This document shows, one piece after another, positions 27,157-35,754 of a stretch of DNA of 64,000 bases (its first letter is position 1; every line of letters starts with the position of its first letter). The stretch comes from Desulfuromonadales bacterium GWC2_61_20. GTDB lineage: Bacteria; Desulfobacterota; Desulfuromonadia; Desulfuromonadales; UBA2197. The notes below the pieces were generated by a model. It was not told where the DNA came from and made no database searches. It saw only the letters and a list, made by a program, of their open reading frames with translations. The stretch covers positions 220 through 64,219 of the forward strand of contig MGTO01000065.1 of NCBI GenBank assembly GCA_001799485.1, read 5' to 3'. The translations under genes and the position numbers were made by a program.

Positions 27157-28134
27157 TTACGGGGTCAAGCCCTCCACCATCGGATAGGCCGCCGCATCTA
27201 AGCTCGCCCATTCCTTGGCGGATCCGCAGTAGTTGGCGACCTGAGAGTAGCCCATCAACCGGGCAAGAAAATAGATGAAGGCACTTCGCTTGCCGACCGA
27301 GCTATAGACGATGACTTGTTTTTCGGGGGCCTTGGTGAAGCCGTGGGCTTCGAAGAGCAGTTTGAGGTCGTAGTAATTCAATACCGACTTGTCGGCGTTA
27401 TAGCACGCGGTGTAGGGCAGGTTGATCGCTCCGGGAATATGGCCGGGGCGGGTAGTTTCTGCGTCCGGCCCCGCGTACTCGGGTTCGGTACGTGCATCAA
27501 TCACTAGCACTGACCCATCTCCCGCATCGACTATCGCCTTGACCTGATTCTTGTCGACAGAGATGGCGGCAACGCCCCCTGCATCAAAAACTTCAAAGGC
27601 AACTGGAGTGATCGGGGGATGAATCGTGGCAGCGGTTTCCACCGGCCTGAGCTGGGCAAGCCACTGATCCCATCCGCCATTGAGAATGGAAACACTCGTA
27701 CAGCCCAGGTATTCGAGCAGCCAGAAGAGTCGGCCACCGGCACCTTGCGATGCCGTCGTGTTGTCGTAGATGACGATCTTGCTTGTCCGGGTGATGCCCA
27801 TGGCGCCCAGCTTCGCCTTCAGTTCGGCGATAGGCAGCAAAACGTTGTCCTGCCCTGTTTCGGTAAAAGCATTTGGTGGGGCGAAGATGGCGCCGGGGAT
27901 ATGTCCGGCGTTGTAATCGGCCAACGAATGCCGGGCATCGAGAATGATCACCTGCTCGGTGGCAAGAGTGGTGGCAGTCGACAGGAGACTGGCATTCGCA
28001 AAGAGGGTGGTTTCACCCGTTTGTGCCGGCGGCGGCGGGGCCTCGTCTACGCCGGAGCCACCACACGCGGTCAGCAGCGCGGCAAGGAGTGTCGTCAGCA
28101 GAATGGAGAGTCGCCGTACCCGATTTTTCCTCAT
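27157..28134 (-). CDS. Tandem rhodanese-homology-domain lipoprotein, catalytic Cys apparently replaced by Ser
   Basis: ATG at 28132-28134 after AGGAGG. Lipobox LLTTLLAALLTAC. Two rhodanese-like modules. The C-terminal active-site loop reads VIVYSSVGKRSAF, where YC--G-RS is expected. Confidence 0.65.
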   Translation of the reverse strand: MRKNRVRRLSILLTTLLAALLTACGGSGVDEAPPPPAQTGETTLFANASLLSTATTLATEQVIILDARHSLADYNAGHIPGAIFAPPNAFTETGQDNVLLPIAELKAKLGAMGITRTSKIVIYDNTTASQGAGGRLFWLLEYLGCTSVSILNGGWDQWLAQLRPVETAATIHPPITPVAFEVFDAGGVAAISVDKNQVKAIVDAGDGSVLVIDARTEPEYAGPDAETTRPGHIPGAINLPYTACYNADKSVLNYYDLKLLFEAHGFTKAPEKQVIVYSSVGKRSAFIYFLARLMGYSQVANYCGSAKEWASLDAAAYPMVEGLTP

Positions 28135-28306
28135 CACACATCCTCCTTTTGGTGAGACGCCTCCTCCGCGAACTCAAGTTTGGCGTGCGCGTTGCGCTCC
28201 CTGCTTTTTCAGCGGGGCCAATCGAGTCAGGATTTCGCCCTTCTCTGCCTCAGACAACGTGTTTGATTTTCAACGCTTGACCAAGTCCCGGAGCTGTCAT
28301 GGGCAA

Positions 28307-28969
28307 TTACTGTAATTGCCCATTGGTCGAAAGATTCGACTTATGCGTACTGGTGGCAGTGAACTTTGCCGCGATAATCGCCAGTTTCATCCGGTTGGGG
28401 ACACCGAACTTTTTAAACAGGTGATTGCAATGGGATTTGACCGTCTGTTCACTGATAAAAAGCTTTTCGGCGATGCTTTTATTGCTCTCGCCCGAGCAGA
28501 CATATTTGAGGATTTCTTTTTCTTTCTTGGTCAGACTGATTTTTTTCTGTTCTTGGTTGAAGTTCGTGAGAATGCTGCCGATGGTTTTGTGGTCGATCCA
28601 GAATTCACCGGATTGCAGCTTCAATATGGCCTTCTTCAACAGTTGCGAATCGCCCATTTTCGGCATGATCCCGGCGAGCCCCTTGCTGATCATCTCCTTG
28701 AGTTCGTCGTAAAGAAGAGGATTCTTGTCGTTGTCGCTAAGCAGCAGTATCTTGGGATGACCCGTGCCCAGAACAGCTTCGAGGAGGCTGCAGCATTCCG
28801 GGTGATCGGTGACGACGATATCGATGTTGTTCTTCCTCAATAGCGCCTTCATGTCGTCATCGTCGCAGGCGATGCCGACAATCTGATAGTTGACAGAATC
28901 GCTCAGGAGCCGGGCCAGCCCTTCGGCGAAAAGATAGGTGCGACCGAAAATCACCAGATTGACAGACAT
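28307..28969 (-). CDS. LuxR/NarL-type transcriptional regulator with atypical receiver-like domain
   Basis: ATG at 28967-28969 after GGAGG. C-terminal HTH LTKKEKEILKYVCSGESNKSIAEKLFISEQTVKSHCNHLFKKFGV. The N-terminal receiver-like fold lacks the acidic pair (LVIFGRTYL instead of hhhhDDH). Visibly lower GC than its neighbours. Confidence 0.8.
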   Translation of the reverse strand: MSVNLVIFGRTYLFAEGLARLLSDSVNYQIVGIACDDDDMKALLRKNNIDIVVTDHPECCSLLEAVLGTGHPKILLLSDNDKNPLLYDELKEMISKGLAGIMPKMGDSQLLKKAILKLQSGEFWIDHKTIGSILTNFNQEQKKISLTKKEKEILKYVCSGESNKSIAEKLFISEQTVKSHCNHLFKKFGVPNRMKLAIIAAKFTATSTHKSNLSTNGQLQ

Positions 28970-29064
28970 GCTGACCTCCGTTTCGTGGGCATACGCCAGT
29001 CGGGCACAACATCGGCATTATGATTTACTAATGCATTAGACTTTTATTACGATTCCACAGGATG

Positions 29065-30348
29065 TCAATGCAACTGTCGAATTAATTGAGGTTCTTTGGC
29101 GGCCCGGCGGAAAACTTTACCGACCGCTTCCGTCGTCTCGCGCATGTCGGCCTCGCCCGATGTCGGGTGGACCAGAAACATCAGACTGGTGCGACCCAAT
29201 GTCCTGGCCACGGGCAGATGGCTGTTCTGGCACAACATTCTGTTTGTAAAGGCTTTTTCACGACAAATCTCGCTGCAGCTGCCGCTGAGGCAAGGAATCC
29301 CCTCGGCCACAATGGCCTCGATGATCTGCTCCCGGGTCCAGCCGTCCCTGAGGAGTTCCGGACGAATGAAGGTGTAGTACTTGTAGTAGGAATGTCCTGC
29401 TTCGAAGGGGGGCTCGGTCACCCGAAGGGCGGGTATGGTCTTGAAACCTTCGGTCAGGATGGCGGCGTTGCGTCGGCGGCAGGCGATCCAGCCGGAGAGA
29501 CGGGGGAGAGTGGCCCGGCCGATGGCGGCCTGCATTTCCGTCATCCGCCAGTTGGTGCCGAAGGATTCGTGGAGCCAGCGAAAGCCGGCGGGATGCTGGC
29601 GATGGTAAACCGCATCATAGCTCTTGCCGTGGTCCTTGTAGGCCCAGGCCCGCTCCCAGATGCCCCGGTCATTGGTTGTCAGCATCCCCCCCTCCCCGCC
29701 GGTCGTCATGATCTTGTCCTGGCAAAAAGAGAAGGCGGCGACATCGCCCAGCCCCCCGACTTGCCGCCCCCGGTAGCTAGCGCCATGGGCCTGGGCGCAG
29801 TCCTCGATCAGTTTCAGCCCCCGCTCGTGGGCCAGAGCGAGCAACCCTTCCATGTCGCAAGGCCAGCCCGCCAGATGCACGGCGATAATGGCCCGGGTCC
29901 GGGGTGAGAGGACCTTGCGCACGGTGGCGGCGGTAAGGTTCTGACTCTCCGGATCGACGTCGGCGAGAACCGGTATCGCGCCCCGCATGACCACGGCGCT
30001 GGCCGAAGCGATGAAGGTGCGGCTGGTGGTGACGACCTCGTCGCCCGGGCCGATGCCGAGAGCGTAGAGAGCCAGTTCCAGGGCGACGGTGCCGTTGGCC
30101 ACGGCCACCGCATAGCGACAGCCGCAGAGTTCGGCGAACTCCTGCTCGAACCGTCGCCCCTCTTCGCCGGTCCAGTAATTGACTTTCCCGGAGTGCAGCA
30201 CCGCAGCCACGGCAGCGATCTCCTCGGCCTCGAAATGCGGCCACGGCGGCCACGGCGCCGTGCGTGTGGGTGATGATTGGCCCGGTGCCTCGCGAAGGGG
30301 GAGCCGAGGCCGGGCATATTCAGACCGTTGACCGGGCAGTAGCGACAT
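29065..30348 (-). CDS. DegT/DnrJ/EryC1/StrS-family PLP-dependent sugar aminotransferase
   Basis: ATG at 30346-30348. FEQEFAELCGCRYAVAVANGTVALELAL, VTTSRTFIASA, FSFCQDKIMTTGGEGGMLTT (the family's Lys-containing PLP site). Confidence 0.85.
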   Translation of the reverse strand: MSLLPGQRSEYARPRLPLREAPGQSSPTRTAPWPPWPHFEAEEIAAVAAVLHSGKVNYWTGEEGRRFEQEFAELCGCRYAVAVANGTVALELALYALGIGPGDEVVTTSRTFIASASAVVMRGAIPVLADVDPESQNLTAATVRKVLSPRTRAIIAVHLAGWPCDMEGLLALAHERGLKLIEDCAQAHGASYRGRQVGGLGDVAAFSFCQDKIMTTGGEGGMLTTNDRGIWERAWAYKDHGKSYDAVYHRQHPAGFRWLHESFGTNWRMTEMQAAIGRATLPRLSGWIACRRRNAAILTEGFKTIPALRVTEPPFEAGHSYYKYYTFIRPELLRDGWTREQIIEAIVAEGIPCLSGSCSEICREKAFTNRMLCQNSHLPVARTLGRTSLMFLVHPTSGEADMRETTEAVGKVFRRAAKEPQLIRQLH

Positions 30349-30394
30349 CTCTGGATCCTCCTGTTTTCACGGCGTGGCCCCAACTAATTGCGGC

Positions 30395-31270
30395 TCAGGG
30401 CCGACTGACCCAACTCACCACCATACTTCCCTTACCCATTACCCGTGCACCCTGCCAGAGGAAGACATACGCCGGATTGCGCCGGGAACGCATGTTGTTC
30501 GAGGTCACATACTCCGGATCAACGGGGGTGGTGGTTTTGCCGGCGAGGCATTTGAACCCGGCCCGATGGAGAAGACGGTTCAACGTTTGCGGGGTGAAAC
30601 CGTGCAGGTGATGCGGCGGGGGAACGGTCGCCACCCGGTCGCGGACGCCGCCCAGCAGGAGGCGCATTTTCGTCGGGAGACCGTCTTCATTGGGGGTGAC
30701 AAAGAGGGCAACGCCGCCGGGGGCGAGGAGACGCCGGATCATGCGCAGATTGTCATAGGGGTCGGGGAGGTGTTCGATCACATCGCGCAAGCGAATGAAG
30801 TGGAATGCTCCTTCCGGCAGACCACTTTGCAGCAGGGGGACACAGCGCAGGTCGACCTGCAACTGTTGCCGCCCCGCCGCGATCAGTTCCGGATCGATAT
30901 CGATACCCGTGGCCTGCCAGCCGAGATCGGTGGCGGCACGCACTGAGGCCCCGGAGCCACAACCGACTTCGAGATAGCGTGGGGTTTGCAGGGTCTGCCC
31001 GGTCAGACGGGTAATTTCCCGCAGGTGCCCGAGGAGTTGCTGGGTTTCATGTCGCAGGATCTCCGGCGTAATGGTCTGATGCATATACTGGGTGTATTGA
31101 AAATCCTTGGAAACCTGCGAAAACTCCAGGGTCGGCTCAAAAAACGGCGCCGGATTGACGTAGATCACTTCGCATCGGGCGCATTTGCCGATGGACCACT
31201 CACCGACCGACGAGAGCTTGATGTAGTCGTCGGCACCACAGACATTGCAGGAAATCGGTTGTTTGATCAT
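30395..31270 (-). CDS. Class I SAM-dependent methyltransferase with N-terminal Cys4 zinc-ribbon
   Basis: Internal ATG at 31268-31270 (ATGA overlap with upstream stop). CNVCG...CARCE ribbon. SAM motif YLEVGCGSGAS. Motif II/III LRDVIEHLPDP...LLAPGGVALFVTPN. Confidence 0.8.
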   Translation of the reverse strand: MIKQPISCNVCGADDYIKLSSVGEWSIGKCARCEVIYVNPAPFFEPTLEFSQVSKDFQYTQYMHQTITPEILRHETQQLLGHLREITRLTGQTLQTPRYLEVGCGSGASVRAATDLGWQATGIDIDPELIAAGRQQLQVDLRCVPLLQSGLPEGAFHFIRLRDVIEHLPDPYDNLRMIRRLLAPGGVALFVTPNEDGLPTKMRLLLGGVRDRVATVPPPHHLHGFTPQTLNRLLHRAGFKCLAGKTTTPVDPEYVTSNNMRSRRNPAYVFLWQGARVMGKGSMVVSWVSRP

Positions 31271-32511
31271 GACGTCGCTCCTTTTGCACTCTTGTAGTTG
31301 AGGTTGGCCGACCGGCGTTGCCAGGGTTGTCGCCAGCGGGCGAGAAGGGATCCGCAGGCGCTGGCGAAACCCTGCCGGAGTAGATGGGCGATCCGCCGCA
31401 GGAAGGGCCGGAGGTCGTGCCAATCGAGAATGGCAAAGACATGGGGGTGCAGGTAGGGGCGGAGATACGCACCCACGGTATAACGTTCCCGGGTCAGATA
31501 GATGGCGCTGTAGCCAAGATCGCGACTGAGATCGATCCAGTAGACCCCCTTGCGGTAATCGGAGGCGACGGGGAGTTCTCCCGCGACCAGATGGCGATAG
31601 TGCAGCCAGGGGAAGTTGGTCCCGCAGCGGACGGCGAGGAGGGTGGAGAGATTGTGACGCGCGTTGACCTCCATGAGCTTGTAGACGCCGCTGCGCGCAT
31701 CCTTCTTGAACTCGGTACAGGCGTAGCCGGAAAAACCGATGGCGTGCAGGATGGCGCGCCCGGGCTCAAGGACTTCGGGAATCTCCCGACTGAGAACGAC
31801 CCGGGGCGAACCAAACCACGGGGGCGCATTGCGCACGTGAGCGGCGGTGAACTCGGCGACGGCAACACCGTTCCAGGCATAGGCGTTGTAATTGACCACC
31901 TGGCTATCGTCACCCGGGATGAGTTCCTGGAGCATGATCTCCAGTCCTGCTTCCGCGGCGCGTTCGCAGACGTCGAGGAGTTGTGCGGGCGTATCGACCC
32001 GAAACATCTTGCGCTGAAACCGTTCATAAAAGAGATGGCTCTGGCACGGTTTGACCAGACAGGGGAATTCGCCCGTGCCGGCGTAACTTTCGATCTCGTC
32101 CCAGGAGTTGGGGACCAGAGTGCGCGGGGCCGCCACGCCGCTGGACTCGGCCAGGGCGTAAGTCAGCTTCTTGTCGATGCAGCGCCGGGTGACCGCCCAG
32201 TCCGGGCAGGCGACGATGAAGTGCTCTTCGAGCACGGCTTTGTACTGCGAAGCCACGGTCAGGGACTCGTCGGAAGTCGGGAAGATCACCCCTCCGGCAA
32301 ACCGCGCCGCGCTGCCGAGGAGCAGCCCGATAAATTCCTCCGTGTGCTTTTCCGGATGGGGGGCGCGGAGAGCGACGGTCACATGGCGCGAGCGATGGGC
32401 CATGTCGCGCTCGTCGTAATGCACCACCACGATCGGCACCCCCATGGTCCCGAGGGCACGGGCCACACCCAGCGCCATCGTATGTCCGGACAGTATGATT
32501 GCGGGTCGCAT
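31267..32511 (-). CDS. ATP-grasp family carboxylate-amine ligase (COG3919-like)
   Basis: ATG at 32509-32511 after AAGGAG. N-terminus AIILSGHTMALGVARALGTMGVPIVVV, CLVKPCQSHLF, IMLQELIPGDD, ACTEFKKDARSGVYKLMEVNAR fit the ATP-grasp fold. Confidence 0.7.
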   Translation of the reverse strand: MRPAIILSGHTMALGVARALGTMGVPIVVVHYDERDMAHRSRHVTVALRAPHPEKHTEEFIGLLLGSAARFAGGVIFPTSDESLTVASQYKAVLEEHFIVACPDWAVTRRCIDKKLTYALAESSGVAAPRTLVPNSWDEIESYAGTGEFPCLVKPCQSHLFYERFQRKMFRVDTPAQLLDVCERAAEAGLEIMLQELIPGDDSQVVNYNAYAWNGVAVAEFTAAHVRNAPPWFGSPRVVLSREIPEVLEPGRAILHAIGFSGYACTEFKKDARSGVYKLMEVNARHNLSTLLAVRCGTNFPWLHYRHLVAGELPVASDYRKGVYWIDLSRDLGYSAIYLTRERYTVGAYLRPYLHPHVFAILDWHDLRPFLRRIAHLLRQGFASACGSLLARWRQPWQRRSANLNYKSAKGATS

Positions 32512-32544
32512 CAGCTTGGCTCCTTGCCGGGTCGCCGGTGACGG

Positions 32545-33777
32545 TCAGGGACAGCGGTAGTACGCCTTGATCCCGTGTTTCCGGAAGTAGCTGAAGGCGC
32601 TTTGCATCCGCTTGCGAATGACCTCGGGCGACACCTTGTCCTGTATCTCGGAAGCCGGTGTCCCCTCCTTGTCGTGGTAGGGAAAAACCACCACGGAATT
32701 GAACTGGGCCTGGCGGACCATGTCGAGGGTGGCGGAAAATTCGCTCTCGGATTCCGAGGGGAAGCCGACAATCATCTGGGTCTCGAGATTCATCTGCGGC
32801 TGCAGTTGTCTGGCCTTGCGCAAAATTTTCTGGAGCTCGCCCGCCGTGTGCTCGCGCTGCATAAGCTCAAGAATCCGGTCGCTCCCCGACTGCACCGGGC
32901 AGAGCATGCTCTTGACCAGCCGCGTGAAGGGCTGTTCAAGAAGTTCTCGCTCGTACTTGATGAGAAATTTCGGGTGAATTTCCTTGATGTGAAAACTGAT
33001 GTCGGTGAGCTTTTCCCCTTTCCTGTCCCCATCGTCGAGGGATAGCCGCAACGCCCGCAGCAGGTCCGGGAGGTTTCCGCCGTTATCCAGGCCATAACAG
33101 CCAGGGTCGTCGCCGAGGATGCTGAAATCGCGATAGCCCGCCCGCAGTCCCCGGCGCAGTTCGGCGACAACGTCCGAAACCGGCTTGCTTTTCACCGGCC
33201 CGACGGAGCGGCGGATGGCGCAGTAGCTGCATTTGCCGTGACAGCCGCGACAGACAAAGAGAAACCAGCTCTCCTGCGGTTCGGAAAGCAGATCCTTCAG
33301 ACGATTCACCCCGGACTGGGCGGTTTCGGCGAAGAATTCGCGATTGAACAGCTCGCCGCTCTGGATTTTGCGTTTGAGGGACTTGACGATATTGAGATTT
33401 TTTCTGGTGACGAGGTTTTCTTCCGACATTTCGGCGTATTTGACGACGTCATGGTCGAAATAGCGGTCGATATGCTCGATTTCCCGCGGCGCGATTTTGT
33501 GAAAATCGGCAAACTCGCGATACCTGTCCGAAGCAATGTCCGGTAGACACCCGAAGACGACGATCTCCCGGCCGAACTTGCGAAAAAAACGCAAACGCTT
33601 GACCGAGTCATCTTCTTCCTTCTTCTTGAAAGCACAGGTGCTGACGAGGATCCGGTCGGCATCTTCCGGGTTTTCCACCAGGGCGTGGCCATTGGCCTGC
33701 AGGTATTTCTTGATCGTCTCGATATCCAACTGGCGCCGCTTGCATCCGGCTTCTTCGACATAGATTCGCGTTGTCAC
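32545..33777 (-). CDS. Radical SAM enzyme of the methylthiotransferase (MiaB/RimO/MtaB)-like family, no TRAM domain
   Basis: GTG start at 33775-33777 five nt after AAGGAGG (the track ORF extends spuriously to 34575). N-terminal MTTase-type cysteines AGC, STC, FGC. Radical SAM motif CHGKCSYC. 410 aa, ending directly after the radical SAM core. Confidence 0.75.
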   Translation of the reverse strand: MTTRIYVEEAGCKRRQLDIETIKKYLQANGHALVENPEDADRILVSTCAFKKKEEDDSVKRLRFFRKFGREIVVFGCLPDIASDRYREFADFHKIAPREIEHIDRYFDHDVVKYAEMSEENLVTRKNLNIVKSLKRKIQSGELFNREFFAETAQSGVNRLKDLLSEPQESWFLFVCRGCHGKCSYCAIRRSVGPVKSKPVSDVVAELRRGLRAGYRDFSILGDDPGCYGLDNGGNLPDLLRALRLSLDDGDRKGEKLTDISFHIKEIHPKFLIKYERELLEQPFTRLVKSMLCPVQSGSDRILELMQREHTAGELQKILRKARQLQPQMNLETQMIVGFPSESESEFSATLDMVRQAQFNSVVVFPYHDKEGTPASEIQDKVSPEVIRKRMQSAFSYFRKHGIKAYYRCP

Positions 33778-34652
33778 GAAAGCCTCCTTTTTTCGTTGCC
33801 GGTCTTTACCAGGCAGGCAATCCAGTGATTGGTGATGCTCCGCAGGAAGGAAAAAACCTTTTTTTTTCCCATGGCGAACAACGCGTCGCTGAACCGCATC
33901 GAGAAGGGCAGCGGGAGGAATTCGCGGCGCCACAGGGTCAACGGGCCAAAACTGACGTTGCAGCTTTCCACTTCCGTCAGGCCATGACGGCGGTACACCA
34001 TATCGATCGTGGCAGGGCGGTATCTTCTGATCATCTCGGCGCTGAACTTTTGGGTTCTTTGCGGGACCGCAACGATAGCGCAGGTCAATCTTCGCACTGC
34101 CCGCAACGGCATCCAGACCAGGTAATAATAGGGATCGCAAATCTTGCCGAGCATCAGCCAGTTGGGGAGGGCCATGATCACCACCCCTCCCGGCTTGGCG
34201 ACGCGGGAGATTTCCGCGACGGCCGGTTCGTCTTCCCGCAGATAGGAAAGGACCCCGACACAGCAAACGATATCGAAGCTTTGATCGCGGAAGGGGAGGC
34301 TTTCCACGTCGGCCTGGATCCAGGTGACGTTCTCGCCGACCTCGTTTCTGGCCTGGGTCAGATGGCGCCGATTGATATCGATCCCGGTCAGGCGACAGCG
34401 GTGCGCGGCGAATGCCCCGAGAATGCCCCCGGGGCCGCAGCCACATTCGAGGATGCACGGATGATCCGCCGTCGCCGCATACTTGTTCAGCAGCTCGACC
34501 ACCAGTTCCCGCCTTTTGCGCATCTCGAAGCTGAAGAAACGGCGCGGCAGCGCCGGCGCGTAAACCTCCTTCCACCAGCCATAGTCGGCGTCGAAGAAAT
34601 CGATGATCCGGCGGTTGTCGGCCACCGGCTTGTTTGCGTCAGTGCCGAGCAT
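33774..34652 (-). CDS. Class I SAM-dependent methyltransferase
   Basis: Internal ATG at 34650-34652. SAM motif ILECGCGPGGILG. DIVCCVGVLSYL, AKPGGVVIMALPN. The upstream part of the track ORF (to 35552) overlaps the FemAB-like gene in another frame. Confidence 0.8.
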   Translation of the reverse strand: MLGTDANKPVADNRRIIDFFDADYGWWKEVYAPALPRRFFSFEMRKRRELVVELLNKYAATADHPCILECGCGPGGILGAFAAHRCRLTGIDINRRHLTQARNEVGENVTWIQADVESLPFRDQSFDIVCCVGVLSYLREDEPAVAEISRVAKPGGVVIMALPNWLMLGKICDPYYYLVWMPLRAVRRLTCAIVAVPQRTQKFSAEMIRRYRPATIDMVYRRHGLTEVESCNVSFGPLTLWRREFLPLPFSMRFSDALFAMGKKKVFSFLRSITNHWIACLVKTGNEKRRLS

Positions 34653-35754
34653 GATCGGGCCTTGTCTGCTCCACCGGGGGCGGCGGCATCCGTCGCGGGC
34701 AGGTGGTGCTGCGGTACAGGGGGAAAAACTCCTCATTGACCTGCCCCGTCGCGAGCTGCATCTGCCGGAAGCGACTATTGAGCCAGCCGTAGTGATCGTG
34801 GTCGACGACCAGACGGCAGGTATGAAATTCCGCGGTCGTCCGGGAAAATCCGGCTTTGAAGCGAAAGAGGGAATCGTCCCGCCCGCCGACCCCGCCGCCC
34901 AGATGAAAGATGCTCTGGCCGTTGTCCCTGGCCCAATTCCGCACGTGATCGAACATGAGCTTCGAGGGGGCCAGGGGCAGATATTTTTCCGCCGTGCCGC
35001 CAAGGTGGTACTGAACGATGCCATTGACCGCCGTGAAGAGACCGGCGGCCGCCACCTCGTTGTGCGGCGAAAGGATGGCGCAGAGATGGAGTCTGGCGCC
35101 GAGGGCGGCGCACAGATCACGAAAATAGGTTTCGGAAAAGTGGTAGAAGGATTCGGCGTGCAGACGCTCCATGGTCGCCTCGTAGACGGCGACAAAGGCC
35201 GGCCAGTCCTCGTGGTGGTCGAGCCTGGCCTGAAATCCCTTTTGGCGCAGCGCGGCGATTCCCCGTCGATGGTTTTCGCGAGTGGAACGCCAGAGACTCT
35301 GGCGATCGTCGTTGAGGTCGATCCAGACCGTCTGGCCGTGGCGGACGACGGCGCCATGCTCGCAGAATTCGGCCAGAGGACTCGACAGCAGTGGATGGAA
35401 GCGCAGGAAAACCGAGATGATTTCCGCGTCCCGGCTGCAGCGCAAAAAGGCATGAAGCAGGCGACATCCCCGATGCGCTGTCGCCGTCGGGGAGAGCAGC
35501 GGCGAAGGATAGCCGTAGGGGCTGCTGGCGTCGCGCCAGGTCGATCGGCCACCGAGTCCGTCAGGAACGCGGCGCAACAGCAACGGGATCAGCAGGGCCT
35601 GCGACCCCTCCCGCGCCAGAAAAGCTGCTGCGGTTCCACCCTCGTGCCGCGCGGCGAATGCCACATATTCCGGCAAGTGATAAAAGTCATGTGGCATTTC
35701 GGCAAGGCACTCGGCCCAGCGCGGATCCGTGACCGTAATAAATTCGGCGTTCAT
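34639..35754 (-). CDS. FemAB-like / GNAT-fold (Acetyltransf_6) aminoacyl- or acyl-transferase
   Basis: ATG at 35752-35754 after GGAGGG (ATGA overlap with upstream stop). YHLPEYVAFAA, QYHLGGTAEKYLPLAPSKLMFDHVRNWARDNG, FHLGGGVGGRDDSLFRFKAGFS are typical of FemAB-related proteins of EPS loci. Confidence 0.7.
   Translation of the reverse strand: MNAEFITVTDPRWAECLAEMPHDFYHLPEYVAFAARHEGGTAAAFLAREGSQALLIPLLLRRVPDGLGGRSTWRDASSPYGYPSPLLSPTATAHRGCRLLHAFLRCSRDAEIISVFLRFHPLLSSPLAEFCEHGAVVRHGQTVWIDLNDDRQSLWRSTRENHRRGIAALRQKGFQARLDHHEDWPAFVAVYEATMERLHAESFYHFSETYFRDLCAALGARLHLCAILSPHNEVAAAGLFTAVNGIVQYHLGGTAEKYLPLAPSKLMFDHVRNWARDNGQSIFHLGGGVGGRDDSLFRFKAGFSRTTAEFHTCRLVVDHDHYGWLNSRFRQMQLATGQVNEEFFPLYRSTTCPRRMPPPPVEQTRPDHARH

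Noticed and set aside
33778-35552. Long N-terminal extensions of track ORFs 32545..34575 and 33774..35552.
   Set aside because: The extensions overlap the upstream real genes in other frames and are Arg/Pro-rich nonsense. Internal starts (GTG 33777 with AAGGAGG; ATG 34652) give full-length family-typical proteins.
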